From Chlorokybus atmophyticus (Eukaryota > Plantae > Mesostigma and Chlorokybus algae), in assembly GCA_009103225.1 (NCBI GenBank), contig RHPI01002699.1:162578-226577 (forward strand): DNA of 64,000 nucleotides, in the 5' to 3' direction. The notes under the pieces are model-generated. The model did not search any database. It saw nothing but the letters and a program-made list of their open reading frames with translations, and had not been told where the DNA came from. The first letter of the stretch is position 1. Each line of letters starts with the position of its first letter. The position numbers and the translations under genes were made by a program. This document shows, in pieces, positions 55,684 through 64,000 of this stretch.

Positions 55684-56037
55684 GGTGACACTGTGAGTGA
55701 GAAAGCTAAGAGCTTGTGAAACGACTTGAACTGCGAACACGCCATCCCGGTTACCAAGAACCCCCTCATTGTGTGAGAGCGTGTGCATGCTCGTGTGTGC
55801 ATCATACTCGTCATTGCTGTGAGCTTGGTGTGCCTGGTTGCAGTGTGTTGGCATCGGTTGGGGCATAATATCCACGTGTTGCTTGCTCATTCAAAAAAGG
55901 GAAAAAAAATTACTTATTAAAATCAAATTATATATTTAAAAAAAAAGACTTAACTGTGTAACACATTTTTCGCTCATGCAAAGAACTGTGTAAACAGCAC
56001 TACCTATAGTAGTGGCTTGTTGACTCACAGTGTCACC
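55684..56037. mobile_element. Possible small MITE
   Basis: Perfect 15-bp inverted termini GGTGACACTGTGAGT / ACTCACAGTGTCACC enclosing an AT-rich core; only a 2-bp CT direct repeat outside. Confidence 0.4.
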
Positions 56038-56744
56038 CTCTTTGCTCAAGTGAGTGCGTTGCATTCTACATCAGATAGTCCAGTCTGTATCTGGGGACAC
56101 ATCCATGTGCATTCGTTGTTACTGTCATTACATAGTGCGCACACAAGCAGACTAGTGCGGTGAGTGGTAGCGGCATCGAGACAGGTAGTAGAGCACAAAC
56201 ACTCTACCCTGCATACACTTTCACCTGTGGACTAGCTGTATGAGCAGGCCCAATAGACGAGGGTGACCTCAGCAGCTGGAGCCCAGCCTCCAACCTCACC
56301 TACGAGCGGACCAGCGACGGGAGCAACGATCGTAGCAACAGAGGCTCGCGCCCTGTTTCCGACTTCACTCTGTTCCTGTCCACTCCTCGGCATCGAGCTT
56401 TCCCACTCTCGTTCGACAGTGACGACTACGAGACGAAGTCTTCAAGCTCAACCACATCCCTGCGCTTTTTCGGACGTGCTGGCACTACCTCACTGGACGA
56501 ATTCATCATTAAGTTCCATTTCAAGCTGCGACAGCAGGCTCTGCAGAACAAAGACTGGTCAGATGAGATTTTTTTTCACATTGCTGCTCAGTATCTGGAC
56601 CATGAAGCACATGATGTCTGGAAGTCTGTTGCTCAACTGCATCGAATTGATAGCTATGGCGAGCTCGCTAGTACCATAGCATCTGCATCACTACACATTC
56701 CAGCAACCGTCTTTTCACCTGCCCCTCCCGCTGCAGTCACCGGG

Positions 56745-57815
56745 TTGTTTATAGCGGCAGCCATTGACAGAGCAGAGGAGGAGGAAACTGAGTCGGTGAT
56801 TGTCAACCTGACCCTTGCAGAGATTGAGATCAAGACGGCTGCGCGACGGGCCCGGATCCTGGATTGTTCTGCTGGCATCCCTGAGGAACAACGAGCTGCA
56901 GCCGTCGAGGTGGGCACACCCCTACCTTTGGCAACACCTGGCTCTCGTGCGGGAGGCAGTGCTTTCACCCTCGGGTCAGTCGCACTGCGCGCACCAGCCA
57001 TCACTGTAGGTGCTGCCATCTCTGACTCTCCACTCAAGGACCTATACGCTGCACTTCGTTGCACCTTCCCACCACAGACCACTAGTATAGTGGAGGAGTT
57101 GAGGCGGTCCCGACGCAAACCCAACAAGGACCCCCTACGCCTATACTTCAGACTGCAAGGGCTGTTGAAGGACACTGACCACAAGATTGTCAGTGACGAG
57201 GCTGCTGCAGTGGTATATGTCAATAAGTTGGATGCCACCCTGAGCGAGTCGACGCGGTTGACCCTGAGCTACAGCAGGCCCCTTGGCTACATGCTCAAGG
57301 AAGCTTGTGAGACTGCACAAGCCATCCATAAGCGCTTGGTGTATGAGAAGGCAGTGCTGGACACCAACCGCAGCGCCTCACGGCCTGTAGCCAGCACAAC
57401 TGCTGAGCCTCCTCACCGCGAATGTGGTCGGGACGCTCCACCTGCTCGCGACAAAGGGAAACAGTCAGCGCATACGGCTTTGCCTGCCCCTGTGCTGTGT
57501 CATCGCTGTAGACGGCATGAGCACTGCCAAAAGGAGTGCACCGAAGAGTACTCAACTCTGGTCTGGTGCAACTATTGTCACAAGACAGGCCATTTGGAGT
57601 CAGTCTGCTGGCTCAAGTTCCCTGAGTTGAGACCCGCCAACAGCTACAACGGCAACAGCTCTGGTAGCTACAACAGCAACAACACTGGAGGCCACAACGG
57701 CAACAACTCTGATGGCTACAACAGCACCCACATTGGAGGCCATAACAACACCAACAACCACGCCAACGCTCGCAAGGAAGAGCAAGGCTACAGGGGGAAG
57801 AGTCGCCCTCTTTAG
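56745..57815 (+). pseudogene. Gag (capsid-like region and two zinc knuckles) of the second gypsy element
   Basis: CHRCRRHEHCQKEC and CNYCHKTGHLESVC; an upstream frameshifted gag part lies at ~56420-56660. Confidence 0.8.
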
Positions 57816-58449
57816 CGCAAGGGACTGGAAGGACGACCGCGCGCTGCTGCTGTTGCCGCCAAAGCTACAGTTAACCCGCCAGCTGATGACCATATGGCTG
57901 CCCTCATGGTGCGTATGGCACGCTTGGAGGAAGACAAGGAGCAGGACAACCGCGCCTGCTACTCTGCCCGATGGGCACTAACGGCTCCGAAACGCACGAG
58001 AGACACCAGCACTCCGTCACGTATTCAACCATCCCGACGGGTTCGAAGGGAAGCCGCAACATCGTCAGCAGCTACCTTCTCTGAAGCCACCAGTGGTGCT
58101 GCACCAGCAGCAACAGCTACACCGGCTACGACGTCGACTCCGTCAATGTCAGCAGCAACTGCTTCAATTTCACCAGAGGTTGGTATACCAGTGAGCACCG
58201 CAACGCCAACACTGGTGAGCACGCTGGCGACAGCCACTGCTGTCACCGACCCTGCAAGAGTAGGTCGTACCGGTCCCGCCCCAACTGCAGGACCACCTGT
58301 GTCATCAAGTGTTGAAACCACACTCGCGCCATTGAGCGGCACTCTCGCCCACACCGGCAGTGCCATCGTCGAGCCTGCTGCCACTGCAGCGGGGCGCGCA
58401 GCTACATTACCGGCCCTCGACGTCACTCAAGCTGTCCCGCAAGGTTTTT

Positions 58450-58930
58450 TATTGGGACACCCTCTCAAAATCAACGCAGCGCGTCATGGCTCCCGTGCTC
58501 ACCGCGTCCGCGCCAAGTGGATCAACCTGGCTACAGTTGAGGATCTCTTTGCTGCTAAATAATTGCACAGCAGCTGTCCACGCATTCTCACCGTCGACGC
58601 TATCATGGACCCCGGGCGCACAGCATAATCAGTCACCCGACACAATCACCAGCACTTCTACCAGTGCAACCAGCCTGGTCAACCACGTCGTGCGCCCCAC
58701 TCTGATGTCTGACTCAGCATCATACGCCTTCCATAATTACGGCGAAGGCATGGTGTTAGATTCAAACACAGGCCAACTAGAGGAACCCAACGCACGTGAG
58801 CGCGCCATCGGATTCTCTTCAGGCAGTATCACAGGCTCCACGCTGACCGACAGTCAGCAATGTCAGCTGTTGGGACGCGCCATGGACCAGATCAGCATGG
58901 TATGGTTATTAGAAATATGCTTTGCTCTCC
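58450..58930 (+). pseudogene. C-terminal half of a C5-cytosine DNA methyltransferase domain (motifs VIII, TRD, IX, X) embedded in pol
   Basis: INAARHGSRAHRVRAKWINL (58470-58529, motif VIII-like), EEPNARERAIGF (58780-58815, motif IX-like), QLLGRAMD..SMVWL (58864-, motif X-like). Motifs I-VI not found. Confidence 0.72.
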
Positions 58931-59259
58931 AAGACCGCCATGTGTCCTTCCAGGAGCTCAAAAACCTGGCGGGGGGGTGGGCCGATCACGTGCAAGAGAC
59001 CAAAGCAGCACACACCGCCCTCGAAATCGCCCATATGGAGGAGCAGGCAGCAGTCACTATGGAGGACATCCCAATAGTCGCCAATGCTACCTTTTGGTCC
59101 CATGCCATTGGTCCATTGGCTACAGGCCAGACGCGAGAACAACATGAGGCTCTCCTCAACAAGTGGAGGAGTCAGTTCAGCTTCAGCGTGAAGGACGTTT
59201 GCTTAGTTTACCAGATGGACATCGAGTTGGTGTTTCAACGACAGTATTGACTCTCCAAG

Positions 59260-60960
59260 TTGGAAGAAGACTTGGTGGTGCAGAGGTGCAAGGCTCTCCT
59301 ATATGCAGGCCTGACTGAGGAGTTCACATCGTACTTTACGGCCGCGACCGTCATGCCTCTAAAGAAGGATTCAGCAGGCAACTGGACAGACCTGCGTATG
59401 TGCGGCGACTATTGCCCCCTCAACAACAAGACCAACCAAGACAGGTATTCAATGCCTATTGCAGAGGGTATCTTTGATGATGTAGGAGACTGTGGTGTCT
59501 TCAGCATCCTGGACATGCGACAAGGGTACAACCAGATCGCCATCAAGGAGGAGGACAAGCAAAAGACCTCTTTTTAGGGCAACCGGCAGCTGTACCAGTG
59601 GAAGGTCATGCCCTTCGGACTGAAGAATGCTCCTGCCAAGTTGCAGCGCGTCATGGACAATGCCTTGAAGGGGCTTGACTTCGCGCGATGCTATATTGAC
59701 GACATTCTCATCAACAGCCGCAGCAACGAAGAGCACCTACAGCACATTGAGGAAGTGCTGAAGACTCAAAGGGGTAGGGATGACGGTGCACCCCGACAAG
59801 TGCACCTTCTTCACTCGCAAGGTACCCTACCTAGGACACATGATTGTGCCCCACGGTGTGTACGTACAGCCGGCAAATGTGGAGGCCTTGAAGGCTATCC
59901 GTGCTCCAACAAACCTTACGCGCCTGCGCGCCTTTCTGGGTCTTGCCAACTACTATCTCCGGTTCGTGAAAGACTTCGCAAAGATCGCGCGACCCCTCAA
60001 TGAGCTTTTGAAGAAGGAAGTGGAGTTTGAGTGGAAGGAGCCACAACAGCAGGCGTTTGAGGAGCTAAAGGGCAGGCTCACCACCGCTCCCATTCTGCAA
60101 CGCCCTGACTACAACAAGCCCTTCATCCTCCACACCGACTGGAGCAAGCTTGGGATGGGGGCTGTGCTGGTACAGCACGATGAGAACAAGAAGGAGCGGG
60201 TGGTGTCGTACGTCAGCCGGAGCAACAACAGCGTGTTGAGGATATTCTTGTATCCGGTCAGCTTGCCCTGTGGATAAGAATAGCCGCGAGAAGATTCAGG
60301 CGCGAGAAGGTTTCAGTCGAGAAAGGTCCAGGCGAGGACTTCAGTCGAGAAGGCTCCAAGCGCGGAGTCGAGTCCGGAGTCTGGAGACTTCCAGGCGCTG
60401 TAGAAGAAACGTTGTAGCTCGGTGGTTACGTCATTGTATGGCGCGTGTTATAGCTTGTTGAAAAGCTCTTGAAAGTAGCTACGTGTTGCAACTTAGAGCG
60501 CAAGAATTGGTTGAGTGTAGAAGTCGTGGTGGCTTCTAGAGTAGACAGGTGCAGAACTGGCGGGTATAAAAGCCCGCGGTTTGACTTTGTTGTAATCCTT
60601 AGAAAGCCTTTTGGATCAGCCTTGTGTGTATGCTCTGGTAGAGTGTGTACTTGTGCTTGCACCTACTCCATGCATGGTCAGTAGTGTCCGAATCTCAACA
60701 CAGCGCTCAGGCCAACCACAGCAGCTACGAGGGGGAGTGCCTCGCTGCAGTGTGGGCTATCTCCTTCTTCAGACCTTTCCTCTTTGGTTGGCAATTTCAG
60801 CTGATCATCGATTATCAGCCACTCAAGTGGTTGATGATTAATTCATATTTGACAAGGAAACTTGCTCGCTGAGCCCTGTTGTTGCAGCAGTATGACTTCG
60901 AGATCGACCACCGTGCCGGCCTCATCAACCAGAGCGCGGATGGCCTCAGTCGCAACCCTT
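59260..60960 (+). pseudogene. Reverse transcriptase and RNase H of the second gypsy element (RNase H split by a solo LTR)
   Basis: RMCGDY..LN, LDMRQGYNQI, MPFGLKNAP, YIDDILI, LRAFLGLANYY, LHTDWSKLGMGAVL; SRSNNS|AQANHSSYEGECLAAVWAI rejoins across the insertion. Confidence 0.93.
60234..60700 (+). mobile_element. Solo LTR (467 bp) of an unrelated retrotransposon
   Basis: TGTTGAG...CTCAACA termini, perfect 5-bp TSD CAGCG (60229-60233, 60701-60705), TATA-like GGGTATAAAAG near 60563. Removing it restores the RNase H frame. Confidence 0.93.
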
Positions 60961-61389
60961 ACCGCAGTACCAGCGATGCAACCGGAGCTCGGCACCAGCT
61001 CGGCCCTGCAGCAGCAGCTCCCACCGTGGTGGCCATGTTTGCTGTTGCCGCGTTATGATCAGGGCGCCAGATTATCACCACCGCCACCTCAACGGCAGAG
61101 GAGGTTTCTGCCCTTGAGTCTACCGGCCCCACAGTGACCACACCCCTAGGAGACGCCCACGCGGTCGATATTGAAGTTGACGACACCGAGCTGGCACCCA
61201 CGGACACCAGGCCTCACATATGGCTGGACCAGTCATCACTCTCCTTCCTTTAAAGTGGCCAGCTTCCCTCCAGCATGAGTGCACGAGAGAAATATCGTGT
61301 CAGTCAATGCACCCGCCACTATTGGTGAGCGGATGACAAGGTGTACCGCCGCGTCCATGACGAAGACAAGGAGGTGCCGACACCAGCCA

Positions 61390-62450
61390 CACGCGAGGGC
61401 ATCATTGCTGCCCTCCACACTGAGCTTGGACACTTCGGTGTCAAGCGTACCGTCAGCGTAGTAAGGGCGCAGTATTGGTAGTATGGGCTTTCCAAACAGG
61501 TGAAGGGGTTCGTCAGTCGTTGCCAATAGTGTGACATGGTACGCGCCAGCCTCAACACACGCAGCGCCACCTTGCACCCTCTCCGCATCTCCGGTCTATC
61601 GCTGGGGACTCGACATATTGGGGGACTTGGCACCCTCGGCACGTGGCAACCGCTACATCCTAGTCATGATCGAGCACTTCTCCAAATGGGTGGAGCTGGT
61701 GCCATTACCCGACAAGAGCAGCAGGGGGGTGTCTCAAGCCTTCCTCTCCCATGTCCTCAGCCGGTTTGGCAGCTGCGCTGAGGTCATCACCGATCAGGGC
61801 ACTGAGTTCAGAGGGGAGTTCAACACCCTGCTGGACAGATGCTACATCGATCATCGCAGCACTTCGCGTGACCACCCTTAAGCCGACGGTCTTACCGAGC
61901 GGACAGTACAGACCATCAAGAAGGCACTCCGCAAGTACGTGCTGGAGTATGCGAAGAACACCTAGGACGACCACCTTCTGTGGGTGGCTCTTGGATATCG
62001 ATTGTTAAAGCAGGCGGCTCTGCGCAAGTACAGCTTATACTACCTGCTGTTCGAGCGTCCGCTATTGCTTCCCTTTCGTGCACAGCAGGAAGTAGACCGT
62101 GTGGTGAGCAACCTCGACAATCCCGACTGGATGCACTACGACATTACCACACACGCCACGCAATTTAAGCACACCGTTCTGGTGGCCTTCAACAACCTGC
62201 GCATCGCACAGCACCTTGACACCCTGCGCTACGAGCGCGTGCGGAGCGGCTTCTACAAAGAGCGCCAACGACGGTTTCAAGCAGGGGACTTCGCCTACCG
62301 CATGGCAGCCACCAAGGACACGCTCGACACCTCCGTGGGCCGCACCGTCTACAAGGTACTCAACGTGTACCACACAGGAGTGCTGGACCTCCTCGGTAAA
62401 AACGGCGAGAGGAAAAGACAACATGTAGAACTGCGCGCCATGTTACCTTC
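61390..62450 (+). pseudogene. Integrase of the second gypsy element
   Basis: Zinc finger LHTELGHFG...C..C; core RWGLDILG, IEHFSKW, VITDQGTEF, ADGLTER; C-terminal RFQAGDF..., NCAPC.LP. In-frame stops present. Confidence 0.92.
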
Positions 62451-62506
62451 CTTACATAGCGGGCTTTGCGCGCATCCAGCACTCTCGCCCCGCCCGCAGC
62501 ACATGC

Positions 62507-63178
62507 TGTGAACGCTACGGCAGCGCCGGCGACGACGCACTCATAATGCTTTGCGATGGCTGCAACAAGGGCCTGCATTGCTACTGTCACAGCGCACTCG
62601 ACCACAAAGGACTTGGTGCTTTTATGGTCGATTTGTGGTGATTTAATGTACCTTCCCGGTACGTTCCCCCCACTTAACAACGCTGACGTCCTCGGCAGCT
62701 GGCGCCCATCAGCTGAGGAATCATCCCAGGGGTCTGATTTAGGGTCGGTCACCGGCCCCACCACCCAAGGACCGGCCAATTTAGGCCCATACCGGTCAAC
62801 GCGCGCACATCGCGCCGCTGCCGGCCCCACAGGTTGCGTCGCCGCGATAGGCAGGTCGCGCCCTACCGCGCCGACTGAACTGGTCAGTGCGGCTGACTGC
62901 TATTAGGCAAGTCGCGACCCATCGATGATGGCACTTATAAAGTGACCATTTACGATGTTATTGGATCGAGATTCAACGACCGCGGAATTCGTGTGCAAGG
63001 CAAGAATCGAACTCAAGTCTCAAGCTCCGATGATCAATGTCACAGCCCACTCGACCACAAAAGACTTGGTGCTTTTATGGTCGATTTGTGGTAATTTTAT
63101 GTACCATCCCGTTACAGCTACTGTCTGGAGCCCCCATTGGACGCAATACCCATGGAGGAGTACTGGTGCGACGATTGC
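62507..63178 (+). pseudogene. PHD finger at the integrase C-terminus, split by TRIM insertion
   Basis: After removing 62585-63121 the frame reads CERYGSAGDDALIMLCDGCNKGLHCYCLEPPLDAIPMEEYWCDDC (C4HC3; second Cys mutated to Tyr). Confidence 0.9.
62585..63116 (-). mobile_element. TRIM (532 bp) with 79-bp LTRs
   Basis: LTRs 62585-62663 and 63038-63116 (about 7 differences), perfect 5-bp TSD GCTAC (62580-62584, 63117-63121). On the minus strand: PBS-like TGATCATCGGAGC (63036-63024) and PPT AAGTGGGGGGAA (62675-62664). Confidence 0.93.
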
Positions 63179-63299
63179 CGCACCAACGGTCCTTTTCACC
63201 TGCGTTAACAACTGAGCTCTAGAGCTGGAACCTTCCCACAAACTAATGGGGGGTGGCTTGTTGACTGTGTGCCCTACAGCACAGCCTGTACACTAAAGA

Positions 63300-64000
63300 G
63301 GTCACCGCCTCCACATGTCCGTGTGATTCAGCAACAGCGGAGCAGCTCCATCAAGCACTCCTCGCCATACGAGCGGAATGATCTTCTACTTCTGCTACAT
63401 GTTATAACATTTTGCAGCGACAGGGCTAGCAAGCATGTCTTTCCCTGCAGCGGCTCGAGACAGTGTGACCCTCGACTCTCCTCGACCCGACACATACAAC
63501 AGCAATTGTGTACATACCGTTTGCGGCAGGGTCAACAGTGTCATTTTCCGGGGAAGGCAATGCCCGAACACTCATCAAGATGTCTTCATTACTCTGGCTT
63601 GCTTCCGTAGGCAGGTGATCATCCACCTCAACGAACTCATCAACAGATAGCATATCAGCGCGGGGAATGGGCAAATGCTGCATCATTTCGCCCATGTCGC
63701 GTATTACGGCGTGAATGACGCGGTTGCAGTCGGCAGGACTAGTGGCGTACCACTCTGGTGGGGTGATGCTAGTCTTCCTCCAACAATTGGAGATGGTGGT
63801 GGCATTCAACTCATCTCATGCCTCGTAATTCGACACAATGGCATCGCGCATTTGGACCTTTACTTTACTCAAGTCGGGGGTGGGATCGACATCATATTGT
63901 TAAAAAAGGTGCTGCTCCAGCTTTCTTTTGTACCTGCCCATACAAAGCAACAACAGCAACATCAGCATTACAATTTTTACAAATGTGGGGGGCCAGAGGC
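63300..64000 (-). mobile_element. Pogo/Tigger (DDE_1, CENP-B-like) transposase C-terminal fragment, degenerate, runs off the window
   Basis: YKRKLEQHL...ELNATTISNCWRKTSI...LSVDEFVEVDDHLPTEASQSNEDIL matches the pogo/Tigger post-catalytic pattern; in-frame stops upstream. Confidence 0.75.

Larger units (their letters stand above)
56420..63260 (+). mobile_element. Degenerate Ty3/gypsy retrotransposon: gag - DNMT remnant - RT - RNase H - integrase - PHD finger; LTRs not located
   Basis: Gag N-terminus (FFG..SLDEF..DWSDE..YLDHEA..W), two CCHC knuckles, RT YIDD, RNase H, integrase DDE, C-terminal PHD, PPT-like AATGGGGGGTGGCT at ~63247-63259. Confidence 0.9.

Noticed and set aside
58025-58426. Minus-strand Ala/Val-rich ORF and similar antisense ORFs over gag/pol, SPT5 and CLC
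   Set aside because: Shadow ORFs of GC-rich coding sequence on the opposite strand.
56012-63268. GTGGCTTGTTGACT shared at ~56012 and ~63254 as the LTR pair of the DNMT element
   Set aside because: Similarity stops after 14 bp and no PBS follows a CA end upstream of gag; not enough to call LTRs.

Overview
Eukaryotic nuclear DNA, most likely a green-plant-lineage (streptophyte-like) alga. It has compact GT-AG genes whose introns are full of CA/TG and GCAT alternating purine-pyrimidine runs, flanked at both ends by transposon nests. Left end (1-8.9 kb): a decayed Ty3/gypsy chromovirus whose 3' LTR carries a tandem TRIM (3 LTRs, 2 internal domains), followed by a decayed MULE transposase. 9.4-22.9 kb: an inverted duplication of a two-gene unit, a PA-domain/TM (RING-less RMR-like) gene plus a plant tweety/prominin-like multi-TM gene. 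One copy of the multi-TM gene is broken by a ~630-bp (CT)n expansion, frameshifts and a ~0.9-kb deletion. Then glyoxalase II, a large ARM-like helical-repeat gene, SPT5 and a CLC anion transporter with an atypical selectivity motif (GGGVT/GPEGP). Right end (54-64 kb): a pogo-type MITE and a second decayed Ty3/gypsy element with the order gag - C5-cytosine-methyltransferase remnant - RT - RNase H - integrase - PHD finger. That element is interrupted by a solo LTR and a second TRIM, and is followed by a pogo/Tigger transposase fragment. Most interesting: (i) the DNMT+PHD-bearing retrotransposon; (ii) a possible N6-adenine-MTase-like domain between gag and protease of the chromovirus; (iii) two different TRIM families that both place a tRNA-type B-box exactly 26 nt after the LTR end. 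All family assignments come from motif recognition by eye; no searches were run.
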